A stretch of DNA of 64,000 nt from Trypanosoma brucei. Taxonomy: Eukaryota. The stretch covers positions 1,088,001 through 1,152,000 of the forward strand of contig CM000208.1 in assembly GCA_000002445.1 (NCBI GenBank), in the 5' to 3' direction. The notes under the pieces were generated by a model. The model saw nothing but the letters and a program-made list of their open reading frames with translations. It was not told where the DNA came from and ran no database searches. A program made the position numbers and the translations under genes. Positions 22,070 through 32,252 of this stretch are shown piece after piece; positions within the stretch are counted from its first letter, which is position 1, and every line of letters begins with the position of its first letter.

Positions 22070-22933
22070 ATGGACAGCTGTATCGTTGACGGCGCCTTGG
22101 GGTACATGGCCAGTGTTACAACCACAATTATTCTCTTCCCGTACCGTGATTATGTCAAAGCGTTTGACGCCAGGGCAGTACGGCGTGTTGACCCCGGTTC
22201 GTTTTGCGCAGCTCGGTATAGGGGAATGTTGTTCCAACCCTCACAACCACTGCTAATTGCGTTGCCGAGTGGCCTCCTGTACACAGGGTTCTTGCTTGGA
22301 AACGGATCTGTGTCGGGGGCGTTTTGTGGTGGAGCACTTCATGGATTAGGGAAAGTGGGGGTTCGCACCCTCGCCTACCGGTGGAATCTGTCGCATAGGC
22401 CCAAAGAAGTATCCTATAAGTCGGTTCTAAAGTGCTTGCAACAGAGTGTGAAGCACTATGGGGTGTTGTCCTTTTTTTCAGGTGCCTCTGCGACCATCGT
22501 CATATCAACTGCTTGGCATAGTACGACCTTAGTTGCGTTGCAGCGCTGCGGAGAGAGAGGTTTTTTTGAGTCTTGGTGGGATGCTTTTCGCACACACTCC
22601 TTCCTAACATTTGTTACCTCACCGTTGCGTAACACATTTAGATCGGCGTTGTTCAGCCGGGAGCGATCCAGTGGCATTCATAACGCGTCAACCTTCTTGG
22701 CTGGAGAGGCAGCCATCCTCAAGGAAGCCAAGGGTGTATTCAGTAACATGCTCCGGACTGAGGGTGTCCGTTTTTTTGTAGGCGGGGTGCTGCGCTCAAC
22801 GTTTAAGACGTCCCTTCCATTTGGTCTCACGTTCGCTACGTTTTCATTAATTGGTGGCTCCTTACCTCGTGGTGGGGAGGGCCGCGGAAATGATCACCGA
22901 CGCCACCATGTGCCACATCGTCGATTTATCTGA
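22070..22933 (+). CDS. Hypothetical membrane protein (287 aa); possibly a highly divergent mitochondrial-carrier-family protein
   Basis: ATG verified at 22070. There are three roughly 95-aa segments with hydrophobic helices. The third segment carries EGVRFFVGGVLRSTFKTSLPFGLTFATF, which resembles the EG.R.FYKG..P..LR..P...I.F..YE carrier signature. The canonical Px[DE]xx[KR] motifs are not conserved, so the assignment is tentative. Confidence 0.35.
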   Translation: MDSCIVDGALGYMASVTTTIILFPYRDYVKAFDARAVRRVDPGSFCAARYRGMLFQPSQPLLIALPSGLLYTGFLLGNGSVSGAFCGGALHGLGKVGVRTLAYRWNLSHRPKEVSYKSVLKCLQQSVKHYGVLSFFSGASATIVISTAWHSTTLVALQRCGERGFFESWWDAFRTHSFLTFVTSPLRNTFRSALFSRERSSGIHNASTFLAGEAAILKEAKGVFSNMLRTEGVRFFVGGVLRSTFKTSLPFGLTFATFSLIGGSLPRGGEGRGNDHRRHHVPHRRFI

Positions 22934-23158
22934 GTTGGTTGTACAAGTGGTGTTTTTATTTCTCCCCGGGCACGGGCCTTTTTTTTTTTTTTGCGCATTG
23001 GATCTTTACTATTAATTCAACGACTCTTCATTCCTCTAGTCCCTTCCCTGTGGTGGGGCTACTCGGGCTACTTCCTGTGTGATTTCCGTTTGCCATAGTT
23101 TCGTTCCCTCTTTGATTTCTTTTATGTAGTTTTTAGGCATTAATATTGATCCAAAGCG

Positions 23159-23521
23159 ATGATGAGAAACTCCCGGTTTCTGTTGGTCGTATGTAACAAG
23201 GCTCCCGCGAGACCTGGTCCCATGCTCTATGGATGGGGTCGCACCGAGCAAAAGAGGCGGCTTGAGTACGAGTCGGTGGAATCTAAGTACCACAAACGGG
23301 AGTTCAACAAGAACTGGGACCTTGCCGGCGTAGAGCAGAGGTATACGGACTTCATGGTTGTGCGGACGTACTTTTCTATTGGCTCCCGTTGGGGCACCTG
23401 GGTGTATAACATGCTTCAGTTCTACGTTCTCGCGTTTCTCCCCATATTTGCGTTCATGCACACGCTACACAAAAATGTAGAGTGGTACGACGAGCGCATC
23501 CGGCACGCAGCTTGGTGGTAA
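23159..23521 (+). CDS. Small hypothetical protein (120 aa) with one C-terminal hydrophobic segment
   Basis: ATG verified at 23159. It fills an otherwise ~850-bp gap in the plus-strand array. No homology recognised. Confidence 0.35.
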   Translation: MMRNSRFLLVVCNKAPARPGPMLYGWGRTEQKRRLEYESVESKYHKREFNKNWDLAGVEQRYTDFMVVRTYFSIGSRWGTWVYNMLQFYVLAFLPIFAFMHTLHKNVEWYDERIRHAAWW

Positions 23522-23640
23522 ATGAGGAAAAAGCCCTCTATGTAGGAAATTAGGATCGGCGGCCGATGTTAGAAGGTAATGGGGTTACTATTAGGAACCA
23601 CTTTTTTAGTTTTTATCGCACGCTAAAGGACGACAATCGT

Positions 23641-23770
23641 TTTGTCTTATTGCTTACCCTCGTTTTGTTCCTTTTTTCTCCCTTTCGAGGAATGTCCATC
23701 CTTACCCCACTTCCAAATAGTTGGGTGTCGTTGCTTCGCCTCAAAATCTCCACCCCCTGATCTTTCTTAG
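23641..23770 (+). promoter_or_regulatory. Polypyrimidine tracts and an AG acceptor upstream of ARL2 (candidate trans-splice signal)
   Basis: tttgtcttattgcttaccctcgttttgttccttttttctccctttcg ... ccaccccctgatctttcttAG lies 18 nt before the ATG at 23788. Confidence 0.45.
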
Positions 23771-23787
23771 GTGTAGTGCGAGGTAGT

Positions 23788-24348
23788 ATGGGTTTACTAT
23801 CGATCATCCGCAAAACGAAGCGGAAAGAGCGCGAGATGCGCATTCTGATGCTTGGATTAGACAACGCAGGGAAGACGACGTGTGTGAAGAAGTTTTGTGG
23901 TAAAGACACGAGTTCGATTAGTCCGACACTTGGGTTCCAAATCACCGCCTTCTCCCTAAATGGGTGCACATTGAACATATGGGATGTTGGTGGTCAGCAG
24001 TCACTCCGCAGTTACTGGCGAAATTACTTCGAGAGCACTGATGGGTTAATATGGGTGGTGGATAGCAACGACGTTGCTCGTTTGGATGACTGCAGGCGAG
24101 AACTCCACACACTATTACAGGAAGAACGGCTTGCCGGCGCTAGCCTGCTTATCCTTCTAAACAAACAGGATCTATCAGGTGCCCTTCCTCCCGGAGAGAT
24201 TGAACGACACCTTGGAATTGACATTATCCGCAAGGGAAAACGACACGTTTATCTGTGCGCGTGTAGTGCGAAGACAGGTGCTGGCCTGTTGCAGGGAATG
24301 GAGTGGATTGTACAGGATGTATCCAGTAGAATGTATTTTGCGGGGTAG
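23788..24348 (+). CDS. ARL2: ADP-ribosylation factor-like GTPase 2 (ARL2)
   Basis: [31 protein letters not shown]...[32 protein letters not shown]...[10 protein letters not shown] matches the ARL2 family essentially residue-by-residue, including the G1, G3 and NKQD motifs. The ORF track starts at a GTG at 23776; the true ATG is at 23788. Confidence 0.9.
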   Translation: MGLLSIIRKTKRKEREMRILMLGLDNAGKTTCVKKFCGKDTSSISPTLGFQITAFSLNGCTLNIWDVGGQQSLRSYWRNYFESTDGLIWVVDSNDVARLDDCRRELHTLLQEERLAGASLLILLNKQDLSGALPPGEIERHLGIDIIRKGKRHVYLCACSAKTGAGLLQGMEWIVQDVSSRMYFAG

Positions 24349-24612
24349 GAATCCACAAATACTTGATGCAGGTATAAGTACGCGCGGTTGGTTTATTCAG
24401 GGTTTTTCTCCTTTCCCTTCTCACACCCCGTGTTTTTGTTGTTCAAAAGGGCCCCGATGCCCATACGTGGTATAGCCCCTAATTCTAATATAATTTTGTT
24501 AATTGCAGCTGTGTAGTCAATCCCGCTCTAATATCCTTTTTAACTGATTTTATAGCTTTGTTTGGAGGAAAGGAAAAGGAAAAGTGGAAGAGGCAGCGGC
24601 TATTGAGAAACC

Positions 24613-26025
24613 ATGGATTGGGTATTTTTTCTCATGGCGGCCTTGGCGGCCCTTATGGTGTTCGGACTCATCATCCATCTTGTGTCGATTTTCAGTTCTG
24701 AGGGTGACAACAACGATGGTTTCTTCGGGAAGCTGATCATCGTGGTGTCCTTCACGCTTGTCTCCTACAACTTACTTATGCTCCCATACAGTGTTGCAGC
24801 TTTGCAGTATGCAGCACTCATCCCTGAGTCCAAATCGAATGTGCTGTTGCTGTGGACCATTGTTGCTGTCGCCTTGGTGATTTTTGGTCTTGTTATATGC
24901 CCTTTTGTGCTGGTGTACCATGAGGTCGGGAATCACAATAACTCGAATGCTTGGAAGAGAGTGTGCGTGTCTGTAGCTATGACGTTGTTGGTTGTGGTAC
25001 TTGCCTCATCTGCATTTTACTGCGGATGGCATTTTGCCGGGTATGCCAACGTCGGATACACGGCGTATTCCACATCAATTCAACCCGTCACAAGCTTCGA
25101 GTCTATCAAGGAGTTCAGTGATCAGTCGCAAGGGGAATCACTCCGTCTTCAGGTGTCGCTTTTCGTTTATCTTATTGCGTTGCTGTGTGCTGCTGGATGG
25201 ATACCTCTGTGCACCTTTGGTGGTATAGGACTAGTAGCCGTCCCGCAGGAGTTCTTGCTGTACTTCCGTGATCGACCAAGGCCCATCACTGCTTCCGAAT
25301 ACGCCTACCGACGGGATGAAGTTGCGAGGGAGTCACAGCGCCTTATTGATAAGGGAAGAATGATTGAAGAAACAAGCGCCGAGCATTCGTATGGTGGACA
25401 CGCCAGAAAAGTGCTGGCGTTCAGGCAAGCCGTGAGGGAGTTAGAGGCATACCATACAACGTTAGAAATTTCTTACCACCAACAAGGGGGCAAAGTGTTG
25501 CAGGGCTATCTATGCCTCTTGGCCGGCTTAGTTTTTACGTTTCTATCGATAAGGTGGATTCTATATATAACGTTGAGCAATGTCTCAGACACGCATCCGA
25601 TGTATGGTGGAATGCTTCGCCAACTAAGTGACACTTCATTAACACTGTGTGTAACCGTGTACAGCTGTTTTGCGTTCTACTTACTTTGCTGCACAATAAA
25701 AGGCTGCATTAAACTCGGAGGAAACCTGGCTTTGTACCACATCTACCCTGTGGAGGTTAGCAAGACGCTTACCACATCATTCCTGTTCAATGCTATACTT
25801 TGCATAATTACTTCTTCCGCTGTGCTGAATCTTTGCGCGGACAGTTTTCCTGTGTACGCTGTGAACAGTGATGTAAGTGTGCTGTTTTCAGTGTTCGTGG
25901 CGAATCTTGCTGTAGTGAAATATGTGGTGAGTTACACACCATATTTTCTTGTTGTTGTTTCATGCCTTGCGTTGATGTGGCTGATCGTCTCCCCCAGGAG
26001 GTACGCTAGAGTCAGTCGGTGGTAA
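24613..26025 (+). CDS. Polytopic membrane protein (470 aa, about 9 TM). Its topology is LMBR1-like: 4-5 TM helices, a charged helical cytoplasmic loop, then 4 TM helices
   Basis: ATG at 24613. There are multiple ~20-aa hydrophobic helices and a central loop PQEFLLYFRDRPRPITASEYAYRRDEVARESQRL... The family assignment rests on topology only. Confidence 0.6.
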   Translation: MDWVFFLMAALAALMVFGLIIHLVSIFSSEGDNNDGFFGKLIIVVSFTLVSYNLLMLPYSVAALQYAALIPESKSNVLLLWTIVAVALVIFGLVICPFVLVYHEVGNHNNSNAWKRVCVSVAMTLLVVVLASSAFYCGWHFAGYANVGYTAYSTSIQPVTSFESIKEFSDQSQGESLRLQVSLFVYLIALLCAAGWIPLCTFGGIGLVAVPQEFLLYFRDRPRPITASEYAYRRDEVARESQRLIDKGRMIEETSAEHSYGGHARKVLAFRQAVRELEAYHTTLEISYHQQGGKVLQGYLCLLAGLVFTFLSIRWILYITLSNVSDTHPMYGGMLRQLSDTSLTLCVTVYSCFAFYLLCCTIKGCIKLGGNLALYHIYPVEVSKTLTTSFLFNAILCIITSSAVLNLCADSFPVYAVNSDVSVLFSVFVANLAVVKYVVSYTPYFLVVVSCLALMWLIVSPRRYARVSRW

Positions 26026-26363
26026 AAGCATGGCAAGGTTCTCCATCTTTTTTTCTTCAGTCTTTTGCTTGGAGGATGAATGAATGTGAATGGGAACGGA
26101 TTGGTGTGTCAGTGGGTGTAGTCACCAAACTGTTTTGCTTTTCTCACTTCCTTCCCCTTTTTATCTTGTTATGCCGATATGCATTCCTCTGTGCATAGTG
26201 CACCATTTGTTCCTTGCTTCCCAACCTTTCGCCGTGCAACCACGCGATGACGCTAACTTCAACACTACCGTGGGTCATGGCAAAGTGGTAACGAACAAAG
26301 GAGGAACGAAGTGAACCGAAAGTTTATACATGATGATGGAATGCAGTATCCCCCGACATGAAC

Positions 26364-26446
26364 TTTATTTTTTTTATAGCTCTCTCATTTTTACTTTTTG
26401 TTGTGTTTACTTCTTTTGGTCTTTCTCTGCTTTTCGTGAATCAGTC
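26364..26446 (+). promoter_or_regulatory. Polypyrimidine tract upstream of the zeta-COP ATG (candidate trans-splice signal; AG at 26451)
   Basis: ctttattttttttatagctctctcatttttactttttgttgtgtttacttcttttggtctttctctgcttttcgtg. Confidence 0.45.
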
Positions 26447-26524
26447 GGAAAGAAATTTGCTCACATCTATAGGTGCTTTGAAGCAGGGTCATCTCCCAGG
26501 TTCCCACTGCGACGAGCTGCAAGT

Positions 26525-27076
26525 ATGGAGTACATGCATCATATTCAGGGCGTGGTCGTCCTCAATGACTCAGGTAACCGCGTATTTGTCAAGTATTATC
26601 TCAACGAAGATATGAAAGCACGTGGTGTGCTGACAACGTTAGAAAAACAACGCGCCTTGGAACGCGTTATATATGACGCCGTTTCGGCGCCCAAACGCAA
26701 TTGGGCGGCATCAAAGGACGGAGACATCGTGCTTCACGATGTTCACAGTATACTGTTCCATGTTTGGGGCAGTATAACGTTCGCAATTGTTGGTGACATT
26801 AAGGAAAATGAAATGGTTATGCACACCGTTCTTCGATGCATTGTTGACGCCCTGCAGCGGATACTGAAAACGCAAGACATCACTCACAAAGGTATATTGG
26901 AGAAATACGATGCGCTTGTACTGGCAGTGGACGAGGTAATAGACGACGGCATTGTTCTTGAGACGTCCGCACAGAACGTTGCTGATGATGTCGCACCATT
27001 CATGGCGGATGCCGAGACCGATACGGCTCGTTCGGCGCTCAGCAAGGTCAACGAATACCTTAAGGAGAATCTTTAA
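26525..27076 (+). CDS. Coatomer zeta subunit (zeta-COP)
   Basis: MEYMHHIQGVVVLNDSGNRVFVKYYLNED...LFHVWGSITFAIVGDIKENEMVMHTVLRCIVDALQRIL...LAVDEVIDDGIVLETS aligns with the zeta-COP / AP-sigma longin fold. Its ~183-aa length and the ILILDNDG.R.FAKYY-type N-terminus fit zeta-COP. The listed ORF 26330 carries a 65-aa F-rich extension that translates the pyrimidine tract. The true ATG is at 26525. Confidence 0.8.
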   Translation: MEYMHHIQGVVVLNDSGNRVFVKYYLNEDMKARGVLTTLEKQRALERVIYDAVSAPKRNWAASKDGDIVLHDVHSILFHVWGSITFAIVGDIKENEMVMHTVLRCIVDALQRILKTQDITHKGILEKYDALVLAVDEVIDDGIVLETSAQNVADDVAPFMADAETDTARSALSKVNEYLKENL

Positions 27077-27480
27077 GGATGGTTTTAGGACATACTCTCA
27101 TAAAAGGGCGCAGCAAAGAAGGTGCCGAGAAGTTCGTGTGGGGTATCGCAGTTGGGTTGTTCCCACTTGCAACAGTCCTTGTTTGGCCAACGAAACGAAA
27201 GCACGGGTACTGGTGCGTGAATAAATGATTGGTAAAAATGCGACGTCATTACTGAAGTGAGCTTTTTATCCGCCCTCCCCACACACACCTTCCTGCTATC
27301 ATCATTTTTATTGGCATATCGTCCTCTCCCGTAGCTTCTATTGGTCTCGCCAAGCATTCATTTCTATCCGTTGTTGCGATACCTTTTTTTTCTCGGACAC
27401 ATTCAGGGACATCCGCTAGACACGTGTAAGGAAGCAAAAACAGGCAGAGAAGCGTGTAGGTGCGGTTGGAAGGCGGGAAA

Positions 27481-28086
27481 ATGCGGTCAACAGCTCCTCT
27501 TTTCATGGCCCAGGGCATTTGGGCAGGGTTCCGCTACTACCTTGGTCACTTCTTTTACCCCAACATGTACAGGGAGTATCTCTCAGTCCAGAACGCCCAC
27601 AAAATTGAGCGGGCGCTGCGCATCCAAACTGCCATCAAAGCAAACAGGGTGGACTATCGTGCCCTACTTGCTCTTCCTGTGACGGACCATGCGCATCCAT
27701 ACAAAATGGAATACCCTTGGGAGAAGGTCATTAACACGGACAAAAGTAAACTTAGTGGGTACGGAAAGTGGTACGCTAGCAAAATTATGTGTTTCTACGA
27801 AGGCCTGCAATACCATAAATATGGCTGCCTTCAGGATGATCTCATCAATGCACATGGCTGGTGGAACCGTGCTGCCCGTACCCGCGCCCCACAGGACAAA
27901 ATCGTACACGGAGACCGCCGTGTGATGAGGGCCCGTGTGCTTCGCGACAAATACATTTATGAGCCGAAGAGCCGCTGGGTACACCCAATCGACAACGTGG
28001 CATACTTCGGTCCGTACGTAATGATGGTGTGTGACGAGTGGGAGGAAAAGTGGGGATTTTTCGCGGGGCAGGAGGTAGAGTACTGA
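27481..28086 (+). CDS. Hypothetical protein (201 aa), unusually rich in W/Y/H
   Basis: The ORF track starts at a GTG at 27460; the first ATG is at 27481 (MRSTAPLFMAQGIW...). No recognisable motif. Confidence 0.45.
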   Translation: MRSTAPLFMAQGIWAGFRYYLGHFFYPNMYREYLSVQNAHKIERALRIQTAIKANRVDYRALLALPVTDHAHPYKMEYPWEKVINTDKSKLSGYGKWYASKIMCFYEGLQYHKYGCLQDDLINAHGWWNRAARTRAPQDKIVHGDRRVMRARVLRDKYIYEPKSRWVHPIDNVAYFGPYVMMVCDEWEEKWGFFAGQEVEY

Positions 28087-28701
28087 TAGCAGCTCCATTG
28101 GTGGTATATAGGGGTGGGGCATGCCGATGGTGGTAGAAGTGTGGGCGAGAAGAAAAATAATGAGGGTCACTGGTGACGGTGGTGTTGGATTACTTCTTCC
28201 CCCCTCCCCCCTCAATTGCCCTTTTCCCCTACTGCATCGGTGATTACTGATGAAAGTTAGGAATTTAGGAGGTCCACGTATTGTGAACCGAAATGTGGGT
28301 TGATTGATGTTATGGTATGTTATGTTATTTTTTTCGTTACTTACTCACATGTAACTATCGCTATCGATATTAATACACATGCATATTATTTTTTTTGTTA
28401 TATTGAATGGAGTTGGGAGTTTGGGTGGGTAAATAATATTTGTCAAAGTTGCGTAGGCTCCCTCGACGGATGTCTACACGCCGTTGGTGCGTCCCGTGAC
28501 CGGACTGATCTTCCCTTACCTTTGTTCTTGTATTCGTTCCTTTCGTCACCTTATTCTTTTTCCCACTTTCCGCACCTTAAGCCCCACAGTCCTGTTATTG
28601 CTTATAGCGTAGTATCACGTTTTCCACATTCAAGGTGTGGACAGAGCTGAGGAATCGAGATATATTCGTAGGAGAGAGAGATAGGGCGGAGGAGCGTCTC
28701 G

Positions 28702-29529
28702 ATGCAGAAGCTTGCTGATCGCGACGAAATTGCCCTTGCGGTGACAAGCGACGCGTATTCGGTGTCTGGTTTGATCGAGCAGGACAGACAGTACAACATC
28801 GCATGTAGAAACCTCCGGCGACTGGACCAGCTCGAAAAGGATCAGGAGTACGAGTGGAAGGCGTTTAACGACTCCAAAAAGCAGTGGCTTCGACGTGCGA
28901 GACTAAAGACTGCCATGAGTGACATTGTACAAACGGAGCACCTTCACCGCAAGTACAATGATATATGCAGTGCGCACAAGGAGGAACTGGAGTCGTACAG
29001 ATTGGCGACACGAAAGGATGTGTTGCGCCAACCCGTTGCGATGTCATCGCTTTCGGTGGCCGTGCGCACCTTGGGGGATCGTCTTATGCGAGCCAACCTT
29101 ACCGGTAGTGCGTTGGATATGCAAAACATGTACGACACGCTACAACAGGAAGAAAGGGAAGAGGCGGTGAACCGCAAACATGAAACTATTGAACGAAAGG
29201 TCGCAAAAAAGAAACATCTCCTGGACGAAAAGGAAGCTTCAGCTTATAGGAAGGTGCTTCTTGCGGAACGTTTGGGCAAACGGCGTGGAGAAGAAAATAT
29301 GCAGGCTCTCGCCGCGAACCTAGAACACAAAGAGGATCAGATGGCTTCAGCACATTTTAGACAGAGAATCGCACCCTATTTTCCATTAGTGAAGGGCCGC
29401 GCGTTTGGCAGGGCACAGAAGCATGTGGCTTCGCGCGGCACACAGCTAAAAACGAGCTTGAATAAGGGCCATTTCCACGTACCCTCACTTTGTGGTCTCT
29501 ACGGGGGCCTCCTGGAGGTGGAACAGTGA
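28702..29529 (+). CDS. Hypothetical protein (275 aa), partly coiled-coil
   Basis: ATG verified at 28702. Collinear with neighbouring genes. Confidence 0.5.
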   Translation: MQKLADRDEIALAVTSDAYSVSGLIEQDRQYNIACRNLRRLDQLEKDQEYEWKAFNDSKKQWLRRARLKTAMSDIVQTEHLHRKYNDICSAHKEELESYRLATRKDVLRQPVAMSSLSVAVRTLGDRLMRANLTGSALDMQNMYDTLQQEEREEAVNRKHETIERKVAKKKHLLDEKEASAYRKVLLAERLGKRRGEENMQALAANLEHKEDQMASAHFRQRIAPYFPLVKGRAFGRAQKHVASRGTQLKTSLNKGHFHVPSLCGLYGGLLEVEQ

Positions 29530-29964
29530 AGTTTTTCCAAATAAAAGGCGAGTATCCGTTGGTTTCCACCCCCCCCCAAAGTATGTAAAAAAAATTGTAA
29601 CCATTATTTTCATCTCTTTTACTCAACGAAGCGCGAAAGGGACGGGGAGAGAAGGGCATCGTCTATGTAACCATTGCAGAGCTCGCTTCCTTTTAGAACG
29701 TTGAGTCCAATTTATCCATTAACAGTGCGGCATATCTTTGTGCAGTTTTCTTTCCACGGAGCATGTGATTCGTGGATGCTTCCCTTGACAGAAGGCCGTT
29801 TTTTTTTGTTGCAATCGCGCAGCTACTGATGCCTGTTCTTATCGGCAGCAACGCCCGAACCCACCAACTCTACTTCCCTCTTGTATCGCTGTGCGCGGTA
29901 AATGCCCGCGCGTACGCGTAGCGTTTACATGTAAAAGACGTTTGCCCCACCCTTACCACGCGAT

Positions 29965-31764
29965 ATGGCCAGTCAAGGAGAAACGGTTTCTTCTCCGATC
30001 TGTGTATCAAACAGGATCGCATCAACTGGTCTTGTAGGTTTGGAGGTGGGCGCCACTTCACCCGTGAGGGACCGGGCACACCAGGGCGGTGCGCGTGTGA
30101 GGTTGGACCGAGGACTCAGGGAGTGTGAGGATGCTGGTGAGGTTCCTTGCTTTAACACTCGGATTGGGGCGAAGACCACTCTGTCGGCCATATCGGAACT
30201 ACTTGAGTTGAAAACCGATGCTGGACTCTCCCTCACAGAAGCACAGGAGTGTCTTGTTCGGCGGATCAACTTTATAAGGAGGCATTACATCTATTTGCAT
30301 GCAGCATATATAATGCTGATTGCTCTTACTGGGGCCACTGCGCTATGTTACACCGAGGACAATCTGGCCTTCGTCGACGCCCTGTTCGCAGCAATGTCTG
30401 CCGTGTGCTGCTGTGGGCTGAGCACTGTGGAGGTTGCAGAATGGAAAGCGGAAACGCATGCCTTCCTCCACGTAATGATGCTGGCAGGTGGGGCGATCTT
30501 AACAAGTGCCTACCAACCCCTGCTCCGGTTGTGGGCGGTTAGTAAACTCTGCCCGATGCTCGAAGGAGACACAAAGGATTCTGATGGTGGAAACGCGCTT
30601 GGAGGCAATTACCTGAGTAAATCAATGCGGTTGTGGTACGCGTCCGCATTGTGTGTCGTCACGACGCTTATGTATGTGATCCTCGTGCACATAAGCCTAG
30701 CGTTCTTTCTCGGAATGTTCAATCGATCAAATTTGAGGGTTCCCGATGTTGTTCTGCTGGCGGTTGCCTCCTTTCATGGCGCTATCTTTACTCCCATGGA
30801 GCCCTATGTCGATGACCCGGCAGTTGTAGCGGTGGCCAGCGTCGGCTGTGCACTGGGGTTTACGATGTTTCCCGTGCTGCTGCGCTGTTTCCTGCGCATG
30901 GAGTGGTTTTTCTTCAGCGGTGTGAAACGGCTTTTTTCCAGCTTCAGACAGACGTCAACTGTACGACAACGAAGTCTCTTTCCTGCGGATAATGGTGAGG
31001 AGGCGGCGCTCCTCGGTTGCGTTGACGTGCCACTGAAGAAAGGTGCTAAGGAAGGCGAGTTCGAAGGTGGAGTTAAGGGATACAGCACGTGGGACAGGGC
31101 TTTCTGCGACATCTTAAAAAGCAAGCAACCCGCGTCGATGCACACATTTTTGTTCGACCTGAGGGAGACTGTCTACTTGGGCGTTGCTTGGGTGGTCATC
31201 ACAGTTATAGCGGCGGCCCCCTTTTGGTTTCAGCAGTGGAGTGGCGATGGCCTACTGGCTCCATATTCAGCACCATACAAAGTGTTTCTTGCTCTCTGCC
31301 AGGCTGCTATCGTTCGGTTTGGTGGTGCATCTTTTCTATCGTGCTTGGACTACAGTGACTCTCACATTGCGATTACGATAATGGCGATGTATGTGCCTCC
31401 CATACCTGTTCCGACGTATCGTGTCTATAAGAAATGGAAGTCGGTTCCTCTTGCGTACGCCATCAGACCATTCACCTCGCGCAAATTTTGGTTATTTGTT
31501 GCCGTATTTTGTATTCTTATCTTTGAGGAGGAGTGGCCAGATGGTCCGGACGCTCCTTACTACGACATGATAACCCGAACAATGTTTGAGGTTGTGAGTG
31601 CCTTCTCGGGTTGTGGATTATCACTTCCTCCACGGTGGTCAGCACTCTCTTTTAGTGGGACACTGGGTGTTTTCAGTAAACTCGTGATAGTGGCGGTAAT
31701 GTTTGCTGGCCGCCACTATACTGTGGATTTCAGCATTGATATTGGTTTCAATTCGCTGCCGTGA
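29965..31764 (+). CDS. HKT1: HKT/Trk-family cation (K+) transporter
   Basis: Four pore-loop modules include ...SAVCCCGLSTVE... and the C-terminal FEVVSAFSGCGLSLP. This matches the Trk/HKT signature S-A-[YF]-[GS]-N-x-G-[LF]-S, with a glycine filter residue. Multiple TM pairs are present. ATG verified at 29965. Confidence 0.85.
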   Translation: MASQGETVSSPICVSNRIASTGLVGLEVGATSPVRDRAHQGGARVRLDRGLRECEDAGEVPCFNTRIGAKTTLSAISELLELKTDAGLSLTEAQECLVRRINFIRRHYIYLHAAYIMLIALTGATALCYTEDNLAFVDALFAAMSAVCCCGLSTVEVAEWKAETHAFLHVMMLAGGAILTSAYQPLLRLWAVSKLCPMLEGDTKDSDGGNALGGNYLSKSMRLWYASALCVVTTLMYVILVHISLAFFLGMFNRSNLRVPDVVLLAVASFHGAIFTPMEPYVDDPAVVAVASVGCALGFTMFPVLLRCFLRMEWFFFSGVKRLFSSFRQTSTVRQRSLFPADNGEEAALLGCVDVPLKKGAKEGEFEGGVKGYSTWDRAFCDILKSKQPASMHTFLFDLRETVYLGVAWVVITVIAAAPFWFQQWSGDGLLAPYSAPYKVFLALCQAAIVRFGGASFLSCLDYSDSHIAITIMAMYVPPIPVPTYRVYKKWKSVPLAYAIRPFTSRKFWLFVAVFCILIFEEEWPDGPDAPYYDMITRTMFEVVSAFSGCGLSLPPRWSALSFSGTLGVFSKLVIVAVMFAGRHYTVDFSIDIGFNSLP

Positions 31765-32252
31765 GTTCTGTGGCTTTTGATCAGAACGATGCAAGTCGAT
31801 TTGACGACGTTTAAAAAAGCTACATGAATTGTGTGCCCCTTTCCTGCATCAAAATTCGAAGTGAGGGGCGAATAACCCTACTCGCAAAGAGGCTGCACCT
31901 GTGCCGCGTTACACTGGTACTGGTGGCTGGTTGTCTTTGTGTTGTCGTGCATCCTGTGCCTCTCGCTATTCCTGCCGTTTGTAAAAAGAAATACTTCACG
32001 CTTAGGAGGATATCTTGTAGGCGTTTTCACAGTGCAGATCTTTCCTGTGCTCTCGATTCCCGACTCGCCACACACTCACTGTTTATTCTCAGTACTCTTT
32101 CAGTTATTCTTTTCGCCACGAGTGTATCACTAACCAGTTTAGTAAATAAAGCAGAGGTGAAAAGTGGTAAGATTGTTACGTGAGCGCCCCCGTGAAGAAA
32201 CAAGGAAGGTTGTAGTGTCATATTTTATCGGTTCCTAATATATATTTTTGGT

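Noticed and set aside
26330-26524. The 65-aa F-rich leader on zeta-COP, and likewise 45494..45703 on the glycosyltransferase and 61962..62171 on the exportin-like gene
   Set aside because: These are translations of the polypyrimidine trans-splicing tracts (FFYSSLIFTFCCVYFF and similar). The functional start is the first ATG after the tract.
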